A stretch of 64,000 bases of DNA from Gnetum montanum. Taxonomy: Eukaryota > Plantae > Gnetophyta. The first letter of the stretch is position 1. The number at the start of each line of letters is the position of its first letter. Shown piece by piece: positions 25,442 to 38,004 of this stretch. The DNA lies in contig MNCI01000415.1 in the NCBI GenBank assembly GCA_015680685.1, positions 441,086 to 505,085 of the forward strand, in the 5' to 3' direction. The position numbers and the translations under genes were made by a program. Under the pieces are notes generated by a model. It did not search any database and was not told where the DNA came from. It worked only from the letters and a program-made list of their open reading frames with translations.

Positions 25442-28400
25442 ATGGATCCATCTTACACAACCACAACCGCCATGGTCGCCGCTGACTTGGATGCTACATC
25501 TGTGAATCCTATCACTGTCACCAGGCTAGCTCCTGGTGCAGCAGGACCTCAGGGACCATCACGTCGATCATTGAGGCTACAGGGAAAATACCCAATATTT
25601 ACTGTCGTGACCCTTGAGGAATACAACTTTATCTGTGTCAAGATCTAGGCAAAGATGGCCCTTAGCCGAGCTGAGATCGAGGCGAAGAGAAATTTCGAGA
25701 TGATCCATCGAGGAGGCCAAGATTTCACCCCGACAACCTATGACATCATCCCTTTAACAGACCAGCAACATGAAATTATAACACAGTTGGTCATGGCTAA
25801 GAGCCAGGCTGCACGAGCTATGACGGAACCCCAGAGTGGGGAGGAAGAAGATGATGAGTTTGCATCCCAGTCTGAGCATTCGTATCACACTCTTAGTCCC
25901 CATACTTACGTCAACCCATTATTCCCTCTTAACGGAGAGGCCGCCTCGCTCAATCTAGCCATGACCACACAAACACACATCCCTAGCAATTCCGTGAGGC
26001 ACTGTGCAGCCATCTGGGCTGCAAGTGCAAATACCCCACAACAACATGGGGGCGGCTTCATCACCACGTGGACTCAGCATTCTGGTGGCGGTTCCAACAT
26101 CCACCATGCCCCATTTCATCCCGCAGATCCAACCCCAAACCATATCCACAACTCGTCTGATGCAGACCTTATCGCTGCCGCCCCCTCTAACCCAGCAGTT
26201 CACCACCATTGTGCAGCCATAGATACCTACCCAACAGCCTACCGCGAATCAGTGAACCTATCCCACGACACAACAAAACCAGTCTACAGTGTACAGCGTG
26301 CAACCCTTGGTGGCACCCGCAACACATATCCCGTAGGTGATCCCGCAATATCCCTATCCTTATCCTGCGCAGCTGGAGGTGGCTAATCTCTCTTCCCAAA
26401 CCAGTGGACAGTGGTCTTCACAGGCACCCCTGCCTGCAGGGGTCCCCACCCCACCATCTACCGGCCAAACCATCCCACCATTTCCACTGCATGGCCCTGC
26501 TTTCCCAGGTCACCCCCTGCTCCTCCTGCATAGACACCTCCAGCAACAGGTCTAGACCACGCCTTCCTACTTATTCAAACCCTCACCAAGGAGGTTAGGC
26601 ATCTTAAGGTCGCTAGCTCAGACACTGTACAAATCATGAACTTTTACCAAGATGATCCCATTAGTCCAGCGGTCCCCATGTTGTCGTTGCCACCAGGGAT
26701 ATCCTTACCTCATTTTACCAAGTATAATGGGGAGGGGGATCCTAACGCTCACTTGGTCACCTTTAGATCCGAATCCTTGTTGTTGCAATAATGGCCTCAC
26801 ACGATTATCCGCGTGTTTGCTATGTCTCTGACAGGGAAAGCTCTAGATTGGTATCGAGCCCTCCCACGCTCTTCCATTTCAACCTTGGAAGAGCTTCTAA
26901 CACAATTCGTGACTCACTTTAAATACAACTTAAAGCTGGAAGTCACGTTAGATCAACTCATAGGAGTGAAACAAGATCCTCTCGAACCAGTCTAGAAGTT
27001 CATACAGCGCTGGAATGCTACTTTGAATGAAATTCGTGAGCCAATCGCGGACTCACATTTGCTGGCCATCTTCAAAGGATCAGTCAATGACTTTATCAAG
27101 TCAAAGCTATATTATCTTTCCCCAAACTCCTTACATCAGGCCTTCACTCAAATTAGAAGCATCCAAGATGCTGCGGAGGCCAGCAAAGACCTGGCGTATG
27201 TCACCTACAAAAATGCTCACAACAAAGGCAAGGACAAAGGTAAAGCGACAATGACGACAGTGGCTGCGCTGGCTAAGGGCACAAAGAACAAGAACAAGAA
27301 GGTACCTACGGTGCCTCCTAAGACCACGGCCAGTGCAAGTAGCACCAGCCAGGACACAGCTACCCCTGAAGGCCCCCCCCCCCCGGCCAAAACCAAACTT
27401 TGAGTGTAAAGATCGCTCAAAGTATACAGCCTTGCCTGTAAAACATTCAGAACTGTTGAAACAATTGTTAGGGGCCGGATACATTCAACCCAAAAGGGTA
27501 TCCGAAGAGGCTCTGAAGCGTCACAGACGTCATTGTGAACTGCTGAAGAATCCTTCTTTAGCCCTGCCTAACGAGTCACTAGTTCCAAAATCTTTCAGGC
27601 TAGACCGTTTCTGTGACTACCACCAGTTGTGTGGTCACGACACAAATTACTGCTGGGGGTTGAAGGATGACATTCAACGCATGATTGATGACGGTCATCT
27701 GAAACTAGACGGCAGTAGTTCGACGCGTCCAAAAAACCAAGCATTGCACGTGTATAAAGATTCGTTGAATGCAAACAATGCGCCTTATACAATCAATGTG
27801 GTGAGTACGGACAGTGAGAGGAAAGTACCACCCAAACAAACTTTTGTTTTGTGTGTACCTACCAACTCACAACAGGAGGGAAACCTTTCATCGATAGCCA
27901 GTGGTGTCTCAAGGCCACCATTCATCATTTGGGCACCTTCTCAGAATGCCACTCAGCCACGTAGTAACAACCAAGCTGTGGCCTCGTCCACGCCCACGCC
28001 TAGGGCACCCTTCATTCTCAGGGCGCCAAAACCACCGGCTGCTCCTCTCACGGAGGGGCAGACCTCTAACCAAAACCACCAACCAGTGCCCGACAAACAA
28101 AAGGGAGAGGATACACCTATCAGCGTTACAAAAGACCACTCTACGCTCGGCTTCCCTAAGCCTAGGCCCCTGGCCTCCGTGCCTTCGCCTGTACCTCAGA
28201 GGTAGGATAAAGGTGTAGAAACGCAGCCACCTCCTCTCGACGAGAAAAGGAATAACCCCCTGACTGACGTCATTCGACCTTGGGAGATTCGTCTCTTGGG
28301 ACGAATGGAAGAAGACAAGAGAAATAAACAACCTAGCCAAGAGAAGAACCTCCTCAACACATTTACGCAATTCAAACAGGCTCTGAAGCAAAAAAATACG

Positions 28401-29198
28401 ACGCTGAGCCTCTATGACCTGCTTATGACATCCCGAGAACACCGTGAGGCTATGGTCCGCATGCTGACATCCATATCTGTGGACGAAAGCTTACCAGCGG
28501 AGGAAGCAGCGATACACGCTATCATGTTTCCTTCTGAAGCTAAGCAACCTAAGCCTACCTTGCTGACCTTTCATGACGAATCTATCAAAGATGATCCTGA
28601 AAAAGGTCAAGTGACAACTGAACCCATGTTCATCACTATTCAGGTTGGTCAATACCTGATCCGGAGAGTACATGTGGACGAATGCGCAGCTGCAAACGTC
28701 ATTCCTTATCCCATCGTGGATAGGTTGGGTCTGGTCGACCAGATCATTCCCACGATGACAACATGCATAAAGTCGTTCAATGGAGCAAGGGTTCAGGTCA
28801 AGGGGACAGTGCGTATCGAATTTGTGGCAGGAGATCAATTCCCAATGGATGCCACATTCCTAGTCGTCGAGGAGATGCCTGGGATTAACTTGATCTTAGG
28901 GAGGTCCTGGTTAGCCCAGCTGAGGACGGTTTCATCACCGATACATTAGGAAATACACCTACCTTACGCAGGAGGGGAGGTCGTAATACGTGGTGATGAA
29001 ATCACCCCCAGGACTGTCAAAAACATTGAGGAAGAATGAGGTTCGGAGATAGAAACATCGCATGATCAGACCCATCTTCAAGTCCCTCAACAAATTGAAA
29101 CCAATGATGACAGTTTAGCCTGGGCCAACCTACCATTTCAAGATGGCGACGTGGAAGAATCAGACTGTAAACCCCTCCGCCCTTACGCAACACTAAAC
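25442..29198 (+). pseudogene. gag: gag-protease of element A (stops and frameshifts)
   Basis: YNGEGDPNAHL; FAMSLTGKALDWYRAL gag core; CDYHQLCGHDTNYC (CHHC) knuckle; protease RRVHVDECAAANVIP...NLILGRSWL. Confidence 0.92.
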
Positions 29199-29483
29199 GT
29201 AAAGGCCGTTAAGAAACAATTACGAATTAGCAGTTGAACTGAACGGCATTTACGCACATTATCATGTTTTTTTTACCAATTATCATTGTTTACGCTTAGC
29301 AGTCCATTTTCGCTCAATGCATATTTACGCTATAGAAATTCTAAATGTTTACGCTTGTCATTCCTTCCTTACACTATTACATTTCTGTTATGTATGCATT
29401 TACGTCTTTTGATCACTTTAGCCCAAATACGCAAAAAAATAAAAATACATTACCATCAATTACGCTCTCTACATTACGCAAAG

Positions 29484-29744
29484 GGGCCCGCAATGGCCTT
29501 AAACTAGCCAGGGCCCACAACGGCCTTAAACTAGCCATGGCCCACAACAGCCTTAAACTAACCGTGGCCTGCAATGGCCTAAAACTAGCTCCCAGATTAC
29601 GCAAACTCGCCAGATGGCCCGCAATGGCCTAAAACTAGCTGTGGCCCGCAATGGCCTAAAACTAGCTCCCAGATTACGCAAACTCGCCAGATGGCCCGTA
29701 ATGGCCTAAAACTAGCCATGGCCCGCAATGGCCTTAAACTAGCA
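29484..29744. repeat. 8 x 27-bp tandem repeat (tggcccgcaatggcctWaaactagcca) with two identical ~23-bp inserts
   Basis: Directly visible. Confidence 0.92.
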
Positions 29745-29998
29745 ATTCCATTCCGTCACAACATAACTCAGGCAAAATTGTTAACAACTACGCTTACGCT
29801 TTGCAGATAAAAATGCAAAAGATAAAAATTAAATAGACATTTAAAGACAAAAATCTTATAGCTAGTCTCTCAGTCATTCGCATAACCATTGTTAACAACA
29901 GTCAATAAAACCATGCATAAATCAAAATTACACATCTCCTTTGATGCCACTGTCACCAGTATCTCTCAAATCCGGTTCTAGTCCTAATAAATCGTCCT

Positions 29999-32900
29999 CT
30001 ATTGGGCCTTCTCTTCTGGGAAGTATTCCTTCATGAAGAATCCCCTCCTCATGAGGTTCTTGCTCTTGCACCGGCTCTGTAGGGGGACGCTCTTCATCAC
30101 TACGCCCCTTTTCTTATACCTGTTCCTCAGCTGACTCCTCTTCCCTATCCTCTTCGGGTACCTAGATATAGAAAAACACATTAGCTAGATAAAACTTGGC
30201 AACACAGTCAGAAAATTTAGACTTAGTCATGATTAAACTTACTCACGATGGCCCTGCTTCTGCAACAAAGGGAAGCTTTTCCAAGCCGGCCCATAGGCGC
30301 TCCATGATTTCATCCTCAGTCAGGTAAGACCACACTTCATCTCCTAGAGCAGCTCCAGCCTTCACCTTCCCTTTCTCCATGTTAGTCCAGCGAGGCAGGT
30401 CAGGGAAGAAAGTAGGGACGGTAGTCTTGTCCCCGGGGAGAGTCACCTCCCTTTCCGGGGACGCACTTACAGTCACCTGCTCTTGAAACTTCTTGAAGGC
30501 TTCGGATGCTCCAATGACGTCTAGGAAGACTCGCAAGGATTGGGCCTCAACGGTAGAATCACGATAATATTGACGATAAGCGATACTTTCATGCTTATAC
30601 AAATGCTTGTGGTCCTTTTTCTTCTACCCCCATTCCTGCACACTTGCACAGTAATCCCTCCAGTCTTGGCTTTTCTGAGCTAACAGCTCTATCTGCATCT
30701 GTTGCTCCACCAACACCCGACCGGTTTGCACGCTGTTCTTAATGGCGGTCCAATAACGGGAGTAGTCAATAACAGCAGTGCGCCCGTCTTCATCACCTGT
30801 TTCCCGCGCTTGTAGGAACTTGCATCGCGACTTTAGGTCCCCGACCTCTTTGGTCAGAGACTCATTCTTCTCCTCTAACCTCTGCACCCTTTTCCAGAGG
30901 TTCTCATTTACACCCTTACTCTTCCATAAGGACCATGTCGAGCGTAACGCACATTTACGCATCTCTTCATAAATGTGGTGTGGCACGACTGCCCCATCAG
31001 ATGGAGGCTCCACTGTGTCCAAATCAATGGGCTCCGTTGGGTCCCATCGAAGGCGAGCTCCTAACAGCAAGTATTGTCAATATATATGACACATTACTAC
31101 TGTACAATAAAATAAACCTTTTATAACTACAGTGTACTAGCCTCAAGATCGACGCGCTCGAGACGCTTGATCATATCGCTGACAACGCCTTTCATGAAGG
31201 TGAACTTGTTAGGAAAATCTCTCCATGCTCTGCTCACAGCGGCGGACATGGATGCATCCTCTTCTCCTGTAGCGTAGTCAAGTTAGAAACTCTAACTATT
31301 AACAAAATTCTACAAAGTTTCCAACACGATCATTACCTCTACCAGTAACAGTAGGAAGCTCCCCAACATCTTCTACCTCCTTCCTCTCTTCACAGACAAG
31401 AGCCTGTGTGTCGCTCGCCCTAACAGCTGGGGCCTCCTCATGCACAGGAATCCGTGCATGGCTCACACTAACTGCTGGGGCCTCTTTTTCTAAAACTGGG
31501 GCCCCTTCCCCGCGACTTAAGATTATTACCCCTGTTTCAGGGGTCAACTGCTCCATAACTTTTTCTGGTCATATCACATGATACGCTTAAGACACTTTAA
31601 AAAAAATCCTAAATAAACATTGCGTAATACAACTTGCAATATATTTCTTCCACGCTTACCAGGCGGAGGTTTACTCCAATGAACTCTGACTTCCATGGTT
31701 CGACCTGTGCCACTCCCAGGCTCCGCAAAGGGCTCGGTTATACGAAGCCATTTACGTCGAGCTGCAGGTTCTACAATTGCCGCCATCAAACGTTTCCCTT
31801 GTGAGGCATCGCCAGGGTAAGTAGGCATTATCCCGCCTACGCTGTCAAGGCCTCGCATTTGAGACACTGCCAAATCTCTGGTCGTTATAGCCAGAGAGTC
31901 CCTAATCCCTTCTGGGGGATCCTGTCCACGCGTAGTGCTGAGAATGTGGGTTATCCAAGGTCTGGATAGCTGGTCTCGGTCTTGCTGCACCCAGACCCCA
32001 TTCCTTTGGATAACCAAGAATTCAGCAAAACGCCGAAGGTAGGCTACGAAGAAGGCGTAATGCACATTGAAACGAGACTCGAGCTTCTTGCGAAGCCTGA
32101 TCATCTCAGTGCGCAGCCCCTCAGCAAAGTAGCTTACCCAGTTGAATTGGGTCCCTTCCTCGATAACCTCCCACATAATATGGGTCTGCTCTATGGAAAA
32201 GAATCACCCCTGCGAGAGTGTTTTGGGGAAAGCCAGGGCCTGAAAAAGGGGATAAACCGTCTTCGCAATTTCTAGTTTGATGCTTTCACAAGGGATCCCT
32301 TTAGGCTCCTTCGTGACCCCTACCCACTCCTCCAGCCATTTCTGGTAGTTGAGACTCCTCTTCGCCTTTTCCTCTATGGGGAGGCCGTCAGAGGGGACGC
32401 CGAAAAGGTCTTCAAAGAGCTAAGCATCAATGTCAAAACTTACATGCACGTGATGCATGCGTGTGCAAAAACGCTCTGCCCTTTCGCTGAAGGAGTTGAC
32501 CAGCATTAACATTTCGCTGGCGGGGACATCAGGGGTCGTGGCTAAAAACAAATGCATTAGCCTTGCTTCTCGTATCTTGGCAACCACCGCAACTGGGGCC
32601 GCTGCGTGGCCAAGCCAGCGTTGTGCATCCTTGATGTCACCATAGCGGAAGAGGAGGGTATTCGCCTCGCGGCCAAAAATTGTAAGGGTAATCTCCCGGG
32701 ATTCCCTGACTGAGCAATGTAAAACACAAGTCAAACAAAACACTATCACGCAACATTCACAATTCACAATTACACCACGCAACAATAGGATACGCAGTAG
32801 TTTTACCAGGTCCAAATGGCAATGGAAATGGAGGAAGTTTCCTCTGCACGTCCGCAACGGTAAGGGGTGGATCCAAAGTCCAGTCGTCATGTAGCCACCT

Positions 32901-34012
32901 GAGATTCTAGCAATTCTCGAAAGCGTCAGCATAAAGGGTGGGGTATTCATGAATGTCGAAGCCGATCTGCCCCATAACACCAGCATGTATGTTACTAGTA
33001 GAGGTAAACGCCTTTATTGCAGTTTCAGTCCAGGTTAAGGTATCACCATCGCCTACTAACCTGTTCTCGTGGATGAAAAACTTGTACCATACCATGTAGG
33101 TTCATCTTACACTTCACAATGAACTCAGAAAATAGACATATAATGACAAAATAGCCAACAAAACTGCTTACCCGCCTGAGTAGTACACTGTGCCTGGTGG
33201 GTTCTGGAAATAGGTTGAGACATGGCGGGCCACGAACAAAGTGTTGTATGCGTGATAGCAACTAAACTGGGCCATTTCCCAGATCCAGCCTAAGCACCTC
33301 AAACCTTGGGCGCTAAGGTCTCGGTCTTTGGGACGACCAGTATTGATGGCTCCGTCTATCAAGAAGGCCAAAATTCCCTGTGCGGAACCCACTAACAGGT
33401 GCTCCAAAATGGCACCAGCAACATCGCCTAACAAATTTGACCATATAATAACGTTGTAGTTACGTAGTAAAAACTGCAGAAACTCCAGCGCGCCCTTTCG
33501 AAACCATATGGCCCTCCCATGCAACCGAGTATGCGAGGGAGGGACATTAGGCACGATTGGGTTTATGCAGCACAAAACCCCAACGATATCTAGGACGATT
33601 AAGACAGGCTTTAGCATAACACTGTACAGAAAACGCAATAAACAGATCAACGTCTAGATTCACATTTACATGTTTAATTATAGAAAATCTACAAACTACG
33701 CTTAACCATTCATGCCGAAATCGCCCAAACCCTTGCAATAGTGCAAGGTTTGTCCCCGACAACGGTGATAAACGCACACCTTTAAACCCTCATCATAACG
33801 CAAGGTCCATAGTCTAAAACCCTCGTTTACATGAAACAACGCTATAGAAATAAACACTGCTGAAACAACACAAGTATGTAAGGAATGGCCTACCAGTTCA
33901 AAGGCATAGGGTCCCTCACTTCGACCACCGCCTACGAAGTGCGCTGCAGATTCTCTTGCATCTCATCGATTTTCGTCAATTTCGCGTTCTTCCATTTCAC
34001 TTTCGGCGCCAT
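29999..34012 (-). pseudogene. Antisense multi-exon accessory gene of element A: FCP1/NIF HAD-like domain + PMD-like domain + coiled coil, ~1020-1080 aa reconstructed
   Basis: Exons (minus): 34012-33894, 33621-33172, 33087-32807, 32709-31660, 31564-31337, 31266-31138, 31060-30247, and 30161-29999 (last one tentative). GT..AG introns join the exons in frame; the intron 2 acceptor reads TG. Five internal stops, no frameshift needed. Homologue at 58938-62190. Confidence 0.85.
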
Positions 34013-34495
34013 CGTCACAGTCTCAAAACTCTCACAGTTTCACACTTTCACGTCTTTGCAAATTATGCGCTCTAAGCTTCTACTCCTCTTCCTCTCGCTT
34101 TGTAACAGTTAGAAATTCGAATTTGCGATAGCCAACAGCCCATCCTTACTGAAAACTGCTTACTTATATGCAAGATTTAACTGACTTGATACCTGATTTC
34201 AGCAAAAACTTACCCAAATGCTGGTGTCAGTATGATCTGGAACCTGATGATCAAGGCATTAATTGCACTAGATACCGCACGCATTACGGTCCGAAACGAA
34301 CCTAAACTACTGTAGCTTATCTCCTCGTAATCAGGTCTCATTAATTACAGGTTGTTCGCAAACTTTAAAATTCAGTTACCTTTATGCAGCAATGTCACGT
34401 CACTTCCTGTACACTAAACTAAACATATTCGTTCAAAGCTTATAGCATCAAACTTAGTATCTGTCTAATTACTCGCGCATTTGACACTTTTGCAG

Positions 34496-37400
34496 GATAA
34501 TCCACAGATGGACGAAATGTTGTCTGCATCGCTAGTTTTAGCAAGCCCACATGGTGAAATCGTTAGACAATTTGATCCCACATTAATAGAAACTAATCTA
34601 TCCCTTGATGATGTAATTATAGCCACATCAGAAACATCTCCAGACTGGCCAGAACAATCGACACGCATGCTAGATCTGGAAGCTCGAGACGTAACCGAAG
34701 ATCCACTCAATGAGATTTCTATGGTTACGCATAGCGGCGAGACCAAAACTCTCAAGGTTAGTTCTCTATTAAACCAAAAGACACATGATGACATAAAACA
34801 AGTCCTCCAGAGTAACATCACAGTGTTTGCATGGTCATACGAGGATATGCCAGGACTAGACCCAAGATTAATTCAACACAACATAATTCTAGATCCTCAT
34901 ATCAAAGCCGTTAGACAAAAACGAAAGATCAAGCCAGAAGTCACGCTAACAGTACGTGATGAAATCACTAAGCTGTACCAGGTAGGTTTCATTCGCGTAG
35001 TTGATTACTCATACTGGGTATCCAATATTGTAGTAGTTCCCAAAAAGACTGGAGGAATATGTATTTGTATAGACTTTCGGGACTTGAACAAAGCTACAAT
35101 CAAGGATAACTTCCCATTACCGAGTATCGACCAATTGGTGGATACAACTGCTGGGCACGGGCATTTGTCCTTTATGGATGGCTTCTCAGGCTATTATCAA
35201 ATATGCATTAACCCAGAACATCAGCTAACAATGACATTTATGACATCCTGGGGGACCTTTTGCTACACCATGATGCCTTTTGGCTTAAAAGCACTGGATC
35301 AACATATCAACAAGCTATGACGTACATCTTTAGCGACTACCTCTTAGGAAGGCTGAATGATTATGTTGACGATATAGCTGTTAAGTCTTTAAAGTTCGAA
35401 GATCATTCAGAGGACCTAGAGTTAGTCCTCAAAAGATGCTCTAAATATGACCTCCGACTTAACCCAAAAAAGTGTGTGTTCAGAGTCAAAATCGGACACA
35501 TGCTGGGTTTTGTGGTATCGGAAGCTAGCATACGTGTAGACCCTGACAAAGTCAAAGCCATTGTTGAATTGGCACCCCCTACAAGTCTTAAGAAATTATG
35601 CGGACTACAGGGAAGGTTACAGTTTATCAGGCGGTTCATCTCGAGATTAATCGACAAGCTACACCCTATGCAACATTTGCTTAAGAAGGGGGTTAATTTC
35701 GAATGGACAGATGATTGTCAGCGTGCGTTCGACAGCTTGAAGCAGGAACTTCAACACTTGTCAATAGTTTTCCCGCCGCAAAGGGATCAACCATTCTATA
35801 TCTATATTGCAACTTCAGACGTAGCCTTAGCGCGTTACTCTGTCAAAGGAGGGATGATGGGTCAGAAGTACCCATCTACTACTTGAGTCACGCTCTATGT
35901 GCGTATGAAACGAGGTATAACGAAGTAGAGCGTAACTGCTTAGCGTTAGTATTTACGCTCAAAAAGTGCAGACATTATCTTTTCCATAGCCAAGTTAACA
36001 TCATCTGTAAAAATAACATCCTTAGGGCCATTATGCATAACTTATACAAAAGTAGCAAAATAGCTCGTTGGAAGGCTATCACAGCAGAATTCGACTTGTA
36101 TTACATTGGCCAATCTTCTACGAAGGGCCAGGCCATAGCCAACCAATTAGTAACATCTCCTATTGACAGTCAGGTAACCATAGAGCCTGAATTTCCAGAC
36201 GAATATGTACATAGTGTAAGCCCTATCTTAACAGGCCCCGAAGCGACGTTGTATTTCGACGGAGCTTCAACCGCTAGAGGTGGTAGTGCCACCACCGTTA
36301 TTACGCTATCACCTGAGGATGTGCGTCTCCACGCTTATCGCTTGACCTTCCCCTATACGAACAATGTGGTAGAGTACGAGGGGCTCCTCAGAGGATTACT
36401 AGCTGCAAGTGAACTCGATGTTCTACACTTGGCAGTTAGGGGTGATTCGATGCTCGTTATCAATCAAATCACAGGAGTCTACGCCTACAAAGCTGCACAT
36501 TTGCAGCCCTACTGCGATATGGCTAAAGATCTTCTGAAGCAATTCACGACCATTGATGCCCAACACGTGCCACGAAATGATAACACACTGGCCGATGCAC
36601 TGGCTACTCTGGCCTTAAACGTGCCTTCACATCTACTCGACACTTGTCCTGCTTTAATAACAAATTGTACAGGTCCTATCGTTTAGGTGGCACAAATATC
36701 TGCTCTTCTCGAAGAAAGCACGCCAGAATGGTATGACAACATTAAAACTTACCTCTTACAAGACGAGCTACCGCACGATTTGACACGTGCGTAGAAAGAT
36801 GCAATCCACAATCAAGCTAGGCAGTACGTAGTCATAGGAGACAGTACTCTCTGTAGACGCTCTTTTGATGGTGTGCTGCTTACCTGCGTTAATAAGGACC
36901 AAGCATAGCGTATCGTTGGCGAGGTTCACGAGGGATTATGCGAAGGACATGTAGCACCATGGGTTATGGCTTCAAAAATTCACCGCTTAGGGTACTACTG
37001 GACATGCATGGAAAAAGATTGCCTGACAAAGGTTAAAACTTGTGACACGTGTCATCGTCATGTAAATCTTATACACGTGTCGCCTATAGAGTTATATACA
37101 ACTCAGATAACATGGCCCTTTCAACGATGGGGACTAGACATTATAGGTCCCATCACGCCGAAATCTTTCGCAGGTCATAGCTTCATAATTACCGCAACTG
37201 AGTACTTTATGAAGTGGGTAGAAGCTATTCCTTTAAGGAAGATCACATCTCAACAGATTTGCCATTTCATCTTAGATAACATTATAACCAGATTTGGTCT
37301 CCCGATGACTATCGTGACCAACAATGGGCCACAGTTTAGTAGTACGGAAACCAAATCCTTCTGTGATAGCCTCGGCATTAAATAATCTTTTTCCTTGCCC

Positions 37401-37970
37401 TACTACCTACCAGCGAATGGTCAAGCTGAAGCAATAAACAAACCCATCATCAATTTGCTCAAGAAGATGCTCGACAACAACAAGAGACGGTGGCATGAAA
37501 AAATCCTCTATGTGCTATGAGCGTATCGTACTACATGTAGAACGACTACAGACAGTACACCCTATAGCCTAGTCTATGGATCTAAAGTAGTGCTACCTCT
37601 CGAGTTGCAAATTCCTTCTCTGAGAATGGTCCTCTCCACGATTATAAATGAGGCTCAACACACCGAGTCCCGGATTATGGATTTGGACTCAGTAGAAGAG
37701 AAGCGAATACAGATGGTTGATACAATCGAAAAGTATCAAGACAAGCAGAGGCAAAAGCATCGTCACAATCTTCAGCAGCGTCCGATCAAGAAAGGAGATT
37801 TAGTTCTCAAGGTTGTTTGCGAACCAGTAGGCAAATTCTCTGCAAACTGGGAGGGCCCTTTCTTGGTGACTGATGCGTATAACAGTGGAGCATTCAAGTT
37901 AGCGGATGTTAACGGCAACGAGTTACCAAACCCTATCAATCATATATATCTGAAGCGGTACTACATATAA
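34496..37970 (+). pseudogene. pol: pol of element A: RT, RNase H, archaeal-type RNase H (aRH), integrase
   Basis: FAWSYEDMPG, CIDFRDLNKA, SFMDGFSGY, YVDD; aRH LYFDGAS...NNVVEYEGL...GDSMLVINQ; INT zinc finger, WGLDIIGP, NGQAE, WEGPF. Two frameshifts and several stops. Confidence 0.95.
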
Positions 37971-38004
37971 TTGCATCTCCAGTGTGAATATCAGGTATGG
38001 CCAC

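Noticed and set aside
29484-29744. Repeat-spacer-like pattern suggesting a CRISPR array
   Set aside because: Units are mostly contiguous, the two inserts are identical, there are no cas genes, and the context is a plant retrotransposon.
29166-34400. Antisense block as a separately nested TE (starts TGTAAACCCC, LTR-like)
   Set aside because: No second LTR, TIR or TSD found, and element E has the same gene in the same position and orientation.
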